Virus record (IMG/VR): IMGVR_UViG_3300001868_000007
Coordinates: 1 to 64,000 of that record
Direction: 5' to 3' (one strand)
Source: a virus
Taxonomy: Duplodnaviria; Caudoviricetes
DNA length: 64,000 nucleotides
Part shown: piece after piece, positions 38,037 through 45,569 of the stretch
How positions within the stretch are numbered: position 1 is the stretch's first letter
Layout: every line of letters starts with the position of its first letter
The notes under the pieces: model-generated
Told to the model about the DNA's origin: nothing
Seen by the model: only the letters and a program-made list of their open reading frames with translations
Databases searched by the model: none
Translations under genes and position numbers: made by a program

Positions 38037-38207
38037 TTATGAATATAAAATTAAAAACATTAAAAAGTGGAGAAGTAGTTCTTCATTTACATGGTCCATT
38101 TAGAATTTCACAAGGAGGATATTGGCATTTTGGGATATTGACACTTAGTATAAGTAAAGAAGGGTGTGGCTTTCAGGTTCTTGGAATATCGATAGGAGTA
38201 GGTTGGT

Positions 38208-38840
38208 ATGAGTGAACCTTGTAGCAAATGTCTAAAATCGAAACCAATTGAAAATAGATCAAAGTGGTTATGTTCAGATTGCAATTTCGAAAGACTTCAC
38301 AATGGAGTGAGTAGAGCTCAAGTCTACAAGGAGAGAGCTTCTGAAAGAGTAGAAGCTAAAGTGCCACGAACGATCAGAGCAAAATTCAAACCCATTAAGC
38401 AACAAACCTCAAACGAAGCCGAAACAAAAAAGAAGCTACATGAACTCAAATTATTAATTGAGCAAAAAGCAATTAATAATGGAGTCTATTATTGTTGGGG
38501 ATGTGGCAAGAGTGAAGGAGGATTAGATAAATCTCACATCCTCTCAGTGAAACAGAGAAAGGATCTTGAGTTAGATGAGAACAACATTGATCTATTCTGT
38601 CGAACTTGCCATGAATCGTGGGAATCAGGAATTATCGAGAAGATGATAATCCTCAACACATTTGAAAGCGATCTACTCTACATTCAAAAGCACGATTCAA
38701 AACGGTACAATAAAATCCTACTGATGATTGAAAATTACAGCGAGAGAATGTTTGATCTAATTATTGACGGATTAGGACCTAAAGAAGTTGTTGAAAAAAT
38801 AAGGTACTTTAGTGAGCGTTACGAATATATTTTGACATAA
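38208..38840 (+). CDS. HNH/NinG-like nuclease with zinc fingers
   Basis: CSKC…CSDC; CWGCG…SHIL…NIDLFCRTCH. Confidence 0.65.
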   Translation: MSEPCSKCLKSKPIENRSKWLCSDCNFERLHNGVSRAQVYKERASERVEAKVPRTIRAKFKPIKQQTSNEAETKKKLHELKLLIEQKAINNGVYYCWGCGKSEGGLDKSHILSVKQRKDLELDENNIDLFCRTCHESWESGIIEKMIILNTFESDLLYIQKHDSKRYNKILLMIENYSERMFDLIIDGLGPKEVVEKIRYFSERYEYILT

Positions 38841-38862
38841 GACAGAATATAGATTATCTTTA
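38831..38862 (+). promoter_or_regulatory. Canonical Bacteroidota-type promoter upstream of the tail-fibre genes
   Basis: TTTG at 38831 and TATCTTTA at 38855. Confidence 0.5.
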
Positions 38863-38886
38863 CATTTTAAAATAAACATACTCAGA

Positions 38887-39261
38887 ATGGCAACAACTAC
38901 AGAAGAAGGAATAATTAAACTCGATACTATCTATCAAGGTTCAACATTCTATGGTACTGAATGCGATTTCGTAGAAGTACTTGATGATGGATCTGAAGTT
39001 CCAGTAGATCTTACAGGAGCAAATATCAAAATCGATATGATAAAGAGTAGTCAAGTGTACGATACTTATTCAAGTGAATTTGAAGACAACAGTCTAAAAA
39101 AACTCACTATTACTAACAACAAATTCACATTTGCAGAACATATTCCAACTCTTCCTTCAGGAATATACACTTTTGACATCAAAGTGATATTCGCTAACGA
39201 AATCGTTGAAACTGGTATTGGTCGTGGACAATGGACTATTCTTAATCCTTCAACTAAATAA
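38887..39261 (+). CDS. BppU-N-like baseplate/fibre-attachment protein
   Basis: IYQGSTF…PVDLTGANIK…GIYTFDIKV. Confidence 0.55.
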   Translation: MATTTEEGIIKLDTIYQGSTFYGTECDFVEVLDDGSEVPVDLTGANIKIDMIKSSQVYDTYSSEFEDNSLKKLTITNNKFTFAEHIPTLPSGIYTFDIKVIFANEIVETGIGRGQWTILNPSTK

Positions 39262-39262
39262 C

Positions 39263-40102
39263 ATGAGAACATTCAAAGTAACAGTCATTAAGACAGTTAG
39301 AACTTTTCTGATTCGCTATAGCGGAATCAAATGGAAAAGTATGGAGGGAGGAGACGTTTCAGCAGACAGTATCGATACAGCAATGAACAACTACACTCTT
39401 GTCGAAACCATAACCGATGCAGAAAAAATAATTGTAAAAGGGAAGAAGTTACTCTCTTTTGGAGATCTTAAAACTCTTATTCAAACAGCATTTACTTCTA
39501 TTTTTCAATCCAAAAAAGCGGATACAGAACTATATGTAGATGAAACTGAAAAAGCTTTGATTGCTACGATCAGCGATAAAATAAACCGAAGCGAAACACT
39601 CACAGCCGTTGAAATTCAGTTGTTGATTACTAACTTAATAGATAGTTCCCCAGAGTTCCTTAATACACTCAACGAACTTTCTAATGCTATAGCAAACGAC
39701 CCCAATTTTGCAACCACAATGGCTACGGAGCTATCAAAGAAGGTTACGGCTATTGTAGGCTATTCTCTTACAAAGAATGACCTTACAGACTTACTGAAAG
39801 CAGCGTATGACGATGCAGTTACGGCAATTCCAAACAAAGCAATTAAAACTACACAAGTAACCGAATTAACATTAACCGCTGCTAATTGGACACTAGTAAG
39901 CGGGTTGTACGAATATAACTTAGCAAATGTGAATATTACGGCATTAAATTTTGTAGAAGTGATACCAGATAATGCAACCATTGAAATAACTAAGTCGGCT
40001 CAATTACTTCCAACAAATGTAAGTAGCGCAGGAAGCGTTAAAATATACGCTACAAATTTACCAACAGGTGACATAGTAGTAACCATAAATATCTACGAAT
40101 AA
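39263..40102 (+). CDS. Tail-fibre-associated protein
   Basis: LIDSSPEFLNTLNELSNAIANDPNFATT is a typical tail-fibre helical motif. Confidence 0.65.
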   Translation: MRTFKVTVIKTVRTFLIRYSGIKWKSMEGGDVSADSIDTAMNNYTLVETITDAEKIIVKGKKLLSFGDLKTLIQTAFTSIFQSKKADTELYVDETEKALIATISDKINRSETLTAVEIQLLITNLIDSSPEFLNTLNELSNAIANDPNFATTMATELSKKVTAIVGYSLTKNDLTDLLKAAYDDAVTAIPNKAIKTTQVTELTLTAANWTLVSGLYEYNLANVNITALNFVEVIPDNATIEITKSAQLLPTNVSSAGSVKIYATNLPTGDIVVTINIYE

Positions 40103-41274
40103 TGATAGGAAAAACGATTTTACCCTATAGTAGTGGCAGTGCCGGAACTATCATTGTGGGCACCGGGAAGTATGCAGTGAAATTCATTGACTACGATGGA
40201 ACGATTTTAAAAATTCATAATGTAAATGCAGGAGAATCAGCTATCAAACCAGCTAATCCGACATTGACAAATTGCACTTTCAACGGGTGGATTGGAGACT
40301 ATACAAATATTCAGTATGCTACAGTAATCGGAGCAAGTTATAACTCAGCGCATACTTATTTAGACTTGACTATTAATGCAAACCACGGATTAACACCAAC
40401 ATTGTATTTAACGAAGACAAATACAACAGCGTTAAATGTCTATAATGATTCGACAAATGCCTTGATGGCTACAACCTCTACAGCAGGAACTGTGGCTATT
40501 CCGTTAACTTTTGCAAGTGCAGGGCAGTATATATTAAGAATAGAAGCCACAGCAAATTACTCTTTCAGTACTTATATTTTTGGTATTAACAATTTATATC
40601 AAATTTATGCTTTAAAAAATGTGATATTAGGGAATAGAGTGACTTCAATTGGTCTTTCTGCATTCTCCCCCTGCTACTCCCTTCAATCAGTAGTTATACC
40701 AAATTCAGTGACTTCAATTGGGTCTTCTGCATTCAGTGCCTGCTCCGCCCTTCAATCAGTAGTTATACCAAATTCAGTGACTTCAATTGGTCTTTCTGCA
40801 TTCTCCCCCTGCTACTCCCTTCAATCAGTAGTTATACCAAATTCAGTGACTTCAATTGGGTCTCAATCATTCAGTGGCTGCTCCTCCCTTCAATCAGTAG
40901 TTATACCAAATTCAGTGACTTCAATTGGTGTTTCTGCATTCTCCACCTGCTCCTCCCTTCAATCAGTAGTTATACCAAATTCAGTGACTTCAATTGGGTC
41001 TTCTGCATTCTTTGCCTGCTACTCCCTTCAATCAGTAGTTATACCAAATTCAGTGACTTCAATTGGTACTCAATCATTCAGTGGCTGCACGAGATTTTAT
41101 GAATATATAATTCAATCTACGACTCCACCATCTTTAACCAGTATAAATGCTTTTACAGGTATCCCAGCCTATTGTAAGCTATACGTTCCTGATGCAATCG
41201 TTGCAGATACTAAGGCGGGAACCAATTGGTCGTTTTATTCTTCACAAATTTACGCAATTAGCACACGATTATGA
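40102..41274 (+). CDS. BspA-type leucine-rich-repeat (LRR_5) protein, likely receptor-binding
   Basis: N-terminal VKFIDYDG (Flg_new-like) domain, then seven 23-aa SVVIPNSVTSIGxxxFxxC repeats. Confidence 0.85.
   Translation: MIGKTILPYSSGSAGTIIVGTGKYAVKFIDYDGTILKIHNVNAGESAIKPANPTLTNCTFNGWIGDYTNIQYATVIGASYNSAHTYLDLTINANHGLTPTLYLTKTNTTALNVYNDSTNALMATTSTAGTVAIPLTFASAGQYILRIEATANYSFSTYIFGINNLYQIYALKNVILGNRVTSIGLSAFSPCYSLQSVVIPNSVTSIGSSAFSACSALQSVVIPNSVTSIGLSAFSPCYSLQSVVIPNSVTSIGSQSFSGCSSLQSVVIPNSVTSIGVSAFSTCSSLQSVVIPNSVTSIGSSAFFACYSLQSVVIPNSVTSIGTQSFSGCTRFYEYIIQSTTPPSLTSINAFTGIPAYCKLYVPDAIVADTKAGTNWSFYSSQIYAISTRL
40639..41088 (+). repeat. 69-bp tandem repeat array (6.5 units)
   Basis: GTGACTTCAATTGG starts at 40639, 40708, 40777, 40846, 40915, 40984 and 41053; the scaffold is invariant and a few codons vary. 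Confidence 0.95.
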
Positions 41275-41438
41275 AAAAGATAACAGCACAAATAGGAAAG
41301 GTATTCATACGAATACACGATGGTATGTTTTTCGGAAGCGAAATATATCTCGGATATGACTATTCAACAGGTCTTAAAAGAGATGATTTACCCCAATATT
41401 ACGAAGAAATTGACGAACATGTAGAAGTAGATGCTTAA
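41271..41438 (+). CDS. 55-aa small tail-fibre-associated protein
   Basis: MKKITAQIGKVFIRIHDGMFFGSEIYLGYDY…YEEID; ATGA-coupled to the LRR gene. Confidence 0.55.
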   Translation: MKKITAQIGKVFIRIHDGMFFGSEIYLGYDYSTGLKRDDLPQYYEEIDEHVEVDA

Positions 41439-41556
41439 TTTAAAATAAATAGATAAAAATGGAAAATAATTATGATAATAAACAAAACAAAACAACAATA
41501 AACAAATTTAGTATTCCCGAAATGTTCAGTGATTTGAGTAACAGAAAACAAAAATA

Positions 41557-41597
41557 ACATACGATCGTTGCTAAATCGAATTAACAGTAGTATCTTT
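41557..41597 (+). promoter_or_regulatory. Repeated promoter copy 6, driving the RNA operon
   Basis: ACATACgatcGTTG…GTATCTTT at +33; closely similar to copy 5. Confidence 0.7.
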
Positions 41598-41623
41598 CCA
41601 AAGTCAAACGAGACAAATAAATC

Positions 41624-41698
41624 ACTAAGATAGCTTAAATGGAATAGAGTGCTAGTCTTAAAAGACTGGAGATGGTAGTTCGAGCCTGCCTCAAGGTG
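41624..41698 (+). tRNA. Degenerate tRNA-like gene (8-nt anticodon loop CTTAAAAG; two A·A mismatches in the acceptor stem)
   Basis: TAGCTT..TGG..AGAGT D-arm, CTAGT/ACTGG stem, GGTAG-TTCGAGC-CTGCC T-arm. Confidence 0.5.
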
Positions 41699-41819
41699 CA
41701 AAAATACAACACGCACGAATCAATTAGATGTAGCTTAGGCAGAATAATTTCGTAGTTCTTTAAGTTGGTAGCAGATAAATGTGACTCTGCAAATTTTAAA
41801 AAGAGTTCTTTGAAAATAC

Positions 41820-42196
41820 GGGGGTATATGATTTTGACAGCAGGTAGAAGCTGTATTGGAATAGCACGAGTTTGATAAGGTCTCGTTTCAAAAGATCACA
41901 AAATTAATTGACAACAAAATCAACCGCATGATTGATGAAGTACTAGTAATCAATTTTGCACAACGTGTAGCAATGAAAAATGCTGCATAATGTAGTCAGA
42001 AGTTTATTGAAGAGTTTGCTTGTTTAGATAAAATGAGATGGTGGAGCTGGAGGAAACTTCAGCCTAAAAGTTTGTTAGTTTGAAGCTTATAGATGCAAAA
42101 TTAACTAATGTATTGATGTGAATTATCAATTAAAGCTATAATCAATTCCAATATAGATTCCTTGTTTGGACGAGGGTTTGACTCCCTCTACCTCCA
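41820..42196 (+). ncRNA. ssrA: tmRNA
   Basis: GGGGGTA/TACCTCC-A acceptor with G3·U70, TTTTGACAGC 5' motif, GAGGG-TTTGACT-CCCTC T-arm, and an internal tag ORF (41910-41990) ending in AA*. Confidence 0.92.
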
Positions 42197-42245
42197 CAAA
42201 ACTGCGGCTTTCCGCATATTATGAACATTTAAAAATCGAGTCATT

Positions 42246-42428
42246 ATGACAAACATTCAACAAGGATTTAGCGATCTAGTTTTAGCTGGAGTAATCATTT
42301 TAGTTTTCTTTTTTGCGATTTTACTAACAAAAGTATTGTGGAAGATCATCGATCTGATCATTTACAAGATCAAAATCAATCTTGAGTTAAAGAAAGATCA
42401 CTTGAGAAGTTTAGGATTAAAGAAATAA
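42246..42428 (+). CDS. 60-aa single-TM protein inside the RNA operon
   Basis: Hydrophobic LVLAGVIILVFFFAILL segment and a basic tail. Confidence 0.55.
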   Translation: MTNIQQGFSDLVLAGVIILVFFFAILLTKVLWKIIDLIIYKIKINLELKKDHLRSLGLKK

Positions 42429-42433
42429 TATAT

Positions 42434-42505
42434 CGCGAGGGTGGAGCAATTGGTAGCTTACGAGACTCATAACCTTGAGACGCAGTTCGAATTTGACGCT
42501 CGCAA
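42434..42505 (+). tRNA. tRNA-Met(CAT), initiator-like but degenerate
   Basis: CGCGAGG…TGGAGCA..TGGTAGC, CT-CAT-AA loop, C1·A72 mismatch; imperfect anticodon, T and acceptor stems. Confidence 0.6.
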
Positions 42506-42510
42506 CATAA

Positions 42511-42950
42511 TAGCAGAAGTAGAAATTCAAAAGTGAACCAATCTAACCTTCGTTGGACAGAGGGAGACAAGGGTGAGGAAATCCACTAAACTGCTACTAA
42601 CACATAAAATCGAATGAAAAGGTCAACTCTATTGTTAATCATCTACTTAGCACTCTCAAACTGTTCGATCAGTATTGAGAGCAAGTCGAAACAAACCTCT
42701 GAAAAGAAGGTTTGGTTGAGCAAAGGTGAACAGAGAACTGACTACAATTCATTCGAACAAACCCAAGCTATCACTGGTGGAGGACAATTAACCGTTAAGG
42801 GGAGAGAAGTTGATATCGTTCCGTTGTCCGTTGAAAGAGTGAAGCTAGTTAACAAGAAGCTATTCAATTTTAGACTCTGGCAATTAGCCTGGACATTCGG
42901 TATAGAAACACAAGTCCTCGTATGAGTCAGAAATCATACCGAATTGATAT
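42511..42950 (+). ncRNA. Candidate large structured RNA of unknown class
   Basis: Five or more stems between the tRNA and the terminator (see finding). Confidence 0.4.
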
Positions 42951-42974
42951 CAAAAAACAAAACTCACACATAAC

Positions 42975-43022
42975 AAAGCTTCATTCGTACCCTTGCAATC
43001 ATGGGAGAATGAAGCTTTCTTC
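42975..43022 (+). terminator. Rho-independent terminator closing the RNA operon
   Basis: AAAGCTTCATTC…GAATGAAGCTTT 12-bp stem followed by CTTCTT. Confidence 0.75.
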
Positions 43023-43052
43023 TTGAAGTAATGTTAAAAAATATTAAAAGAA

Positions 43053-43093
43053 ACATACTCTTGTTGCTTTATCGAAATGTAGGTCGTATCTTC
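43053..43093 (+). promoter_or_regulatory. Repeated promoter copy 7
   Basis: ACATACtcttGTTG…GTATCTTC at +33. Confidence 0.75.
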
Positions 43094-43118
43094 GTAGCGT
43101 AATTAAAAACAGAAGATT

Positions 43119-43331
43119 ATGAAATCAACATTGAAACATAGAGATGTAGTTGTAGTAGAATTACCAAATATCACTCCTTTCAAAACAACTATCAGAGGAT
43201 ATCCATTTGAAGGATCAGAAGGTGAAATGGTTCGTATTAAAACAGGAGATCAATTAGTTGATGTTGAGTGTGTTACTAAAGTAGCACCAGGAATAAAGGA
43301 GTGGAAAGGTCAAAAATTAATAGCATGGTGA
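43119..43331 (+). CDS. Small hypothetical protein
   Basis: First ORF after promoter 7. Confidence 0.55.
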   Translation: MKSTLKHRDVVVVELPNITPFKTTIRGYPFEGSEGEMVRIKTGDQLVDVECVTKVAPGIKEWKGQKLIAW

Positions 43332-45316
43332 AAGAAATAGAACTTAGAGACTATCAAAAATCCGACATAGAAAGAATCGAATCAGCTTGGACTGAATACA
43401 ACTCAATCCTCTACCAACTTCCAACTGGTGGAGGAAAGTCTGTGATCATATCTAAGATAATCAGTAATCACAAAATAGAGAAGATCATAATTTTTGCTCA
43501 CAAACGTAGACTGCTCAAACAACTCAAAGAACATCTCTCAAACGTAGGAATCAAAGCTGGATTACTCATAGCTAACATCGCTGAGAATATGGATAGTAAT
43601 ATTGTAATTGTTTCAATTCGTACAGCAGTTAAAGATGCACGACTAGATAAGTTGCTTGAGAGAGATTGGGATATGGTAGTGATTGACGAAGCTCGTCACT
43701 CAAGAACCAATTCTTATGACAAAGTTCTTAAAGCAATAGAAGCTAACAATCTAAATATCAAGAAATTAGGGGTAGATGCAACTCCTTTCCGCAAAGACAA
43801 AAAGAGATTAGATGAGCATTTCGAATGTATGGTGTGTAGCACTGAAACTACTGCTTCACTTATCGAGAAAGGTTATCTTGCTAAATATAAAACATATGTC
43901 GCTCCGATTGGAGAGATCGAAAAAGAAGTTGATGAGGTAGCTAACGACTTTCAACAACAACAACTCTCTCACTACATGAGAAACCCCGAATATCTTCATT
44001 ATGTAGTAGAAATGTACAAGCAGTATGGAGACAATCATCAAGCAATCGTTTTTGCTGTCGATAAAGAGCATGCTCGTAGTTTAAAGAAAACGTTTGTAGA
44101 ACAGAAGATAAAAGGTGTAGAACAGATTGATTCATCCTTATCTGTAGATGAAGTTGAGAGTATAGTCAAATCTTATGAAGAAAAAGAAACACAGATCCTC
44201 ATAAACGTTGAGATGTTGACTGAAGGAGTCGATCTACCTGATACTGGAGTAATCGTTGGAGCTCGTCCAACCAAATCACTTACTCTCTATCTACAAATGG
44301 TTGGTAGAGGAACAAGACTAAAAGGAGATGGTTCTCACCTTATAGTACTTGACTGTTGCGGTTGGACTGAAGCATTTGGTCAATTAAGTAGCCCAAAACA
44401 CTGGTCACTCAATCCTGAGATCGATCCAAATAATCCTCGATTGAATAATAGAGTAGTTGGGAAAAGAGAAAACGGTACGATCGAAGAAGATCTGTCTGAT
44501 TTCATTGGTGAGGTAATTGAACTCACTCCTGAAGAATATCTCAACAGTGTGCAGAATGGTCTTGAAAAAGCAACCAAACTGAACGAGAAGATCGATTTCA
44601 ACAAACTCGCTTTATTTGAAAAAATATATGAATTGTGGAGTAATTCTGTAAAGAGTAAGTTGAGTGAGTGTTGTTACATAGTTGAAGCTCGAGATAGAGA
44701 TATGACTCAACAAATAACTATATTTGATATTCGCAAAAAAGAATCAAAAGAGAGTGATTGGCAAAGATTCAGAGTAATTATCAAATTCTCACTTGAAAGA
44801 AGGCTATATGCAGCGTTCGAAGGACCAAACACGCAACCTGGCGAAGAAGGTAGAATCGTTGAAATGATGAGAATGTCACAAGTGTTTGCTGAGCTCAACA
44901 ATATGTTTTTCACTCAGTCAAAAATAGAAATACAGACATTGGAGCTATATGAACAGATTCTCGATCTCGAGAAGACGAAAATAGATCTGAAAGCAATTCA
45001 AAACAAAGCAACAGAATTTAACGAAGAACAGTGGAGAAAAAGTGTAGAAGATCACTTTGTAGCGAACGATGGATTGTTTACGTTAGAGAGAGAGCAACGA
45101 AGAGATAGTTGGTTCAAAGGTTATAGTAGCGATCGATTCTCAAACATTAAAATACTCGGATCAACTCTTAATTCATACAGCAACACACTTGAGATCTCAA
45201 TGATAAATGGATGGAGAAGAGAAGAAGTTAAAACAGAAATCAAAAGCTACATCAAAGCTGAAAAGATATATGAAATCTTAAAAGCAGGCAAGTGGAACGA
45301 AATAATTGAAAAATAA
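43325..45316 (+). CDS. SF2 DEAD/DEAH-box helicase (ResIII/UvsW-like) with a C-terminal extension
   Basis: LPTGGGKS, IDEARH, DATP, EGVDLP, QMVGRGTR. Confidence 0.9.
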   Translation: MVKEIELRDYQKSDIERIESAWTEYNSILYQLPTGGGKSVIISKIISNHKIEKIIIFAHKRRLLKQLKEHLSNVGIKAGLLIANIAENMDSNIVIVSIRTAVKDARLDKLLERDWDMVVIDEARHSRTNSYDKVLKAIEANNLNIKKLGVDATPFRKDKKRLDEHFECMVCSTETTASLIEKGYLAKYKTYVAPIGEIEKEVDEVANDFQQQQLSHYMRNPEYLHYVVEMYKQYGDNHQAIVFAVDKEHARSLKKTFVEQKIKGVEQIDSSLSVDEVESIVKSYEEKETQILINVEMLTEGVDLPDTGVIVGARPTKSLTLYLQMVGRGTRLKGDGSHLIVLDCCGWTEAFGQLSSPKHWSLNPEIDPNNPRLNNRVVGKRENGTIEEDLSDFIGEVIELTPEEYLNSVQNGLEKATKLNEKIDFNKLALFEKIYELWSNSVKSKLSECCYIVEARDRDMTQQITIFDIRKKESKESDWQRFRVIIKFSLERRLYAAFEGPNTQPGEEGRIVEMMRMSQVFAELNNMFFTQSKIEIQTLELYEQILDLEKTKIDLKAIQNKATEFNEEQWRKSVEDHFVANDGLFTLEREQRRDSWFKGYSSDRFSNIKILGSTLNSYSNTLEISMINGWRREEVKTEIKSYIKAEKIYEILKAGKWNEIIEK

Positions 45317-45317
45317 A

Positions 45318-45358
45318 ACATACTTTTGTTGTTTAATTGAAATATTCAATAGACCTTT
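45318..45358 (+). promoter_or_regulatory. Repeated promoter copy 8
   Basis: ACATACttttGTTG…AGACCTTT at +33. Confidence 0.65.
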
Positions 45359-45383
45359 ACGGAAAATTTAAAAAGATCGAATT

Positions 45384-45569
45384 ATGGATAATCCAAGATT
45401 AAAACCAGAAGAACAAGACATCAATCTTATTGGTGTGAAATTTCGAGTTGAAGGTTATGTGTGGGTAGTGAAAACCTCAGGAATCAAAGATCGTTGGGGT
45501 TGTGAAAGCACAAGAACATCAGCTTTCTCAACTTTCGATACAGAAGAAATTCAGAAAAATCGTTTATAA
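45384..45569 (+). CDS. Small hypothetical protein
   Basis: ORF track. Confidence 0.5.
   Translation: MDNPRLKPEEQDINLIGVKFRVEGYVWVVKTSGIKDRWGCESTRTSAFSTFDTEEIQKNRL

Noticed and set aside
40639-41088. CRISPR array or complete DGR
   Set aside because: The repeats are in-frame coding units with no unique spacers; no RT, Avd or template repeat is in the window.
41652-41669. Ochre or other suppressor tRNA
   Set aside because: The loop cannot be placed as a 7-nt loop with TTA/CTA/TCA at 34-36, and the acceptor stem is broken.
41722-41745. TAGATGTAGCTTAGG as a tRNA 5' half
   Set aside because: No matching anticodon or T arm follows; at best a remnant.
42570-42590. RNase P-like GAGGAAA-TCC
   Set aside because: The downstream conserved RNase P segments and the 3' P4 partner were not found.
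42686-42727. c-di-GMP-I riboswitch resemblance (CAAACC…GAAA…GG…GCAAAG)
   Set aside because: The GGGAC-GCAAAG junction and P3 do not match, and it is not positioned in a mRNA leader.
42614-42925. 103-aa ORF taken as a real protein
   Set aside because: No recognisable features and it overlaps dense RNA stems; treated as a probable ncRNA, though not excluded.
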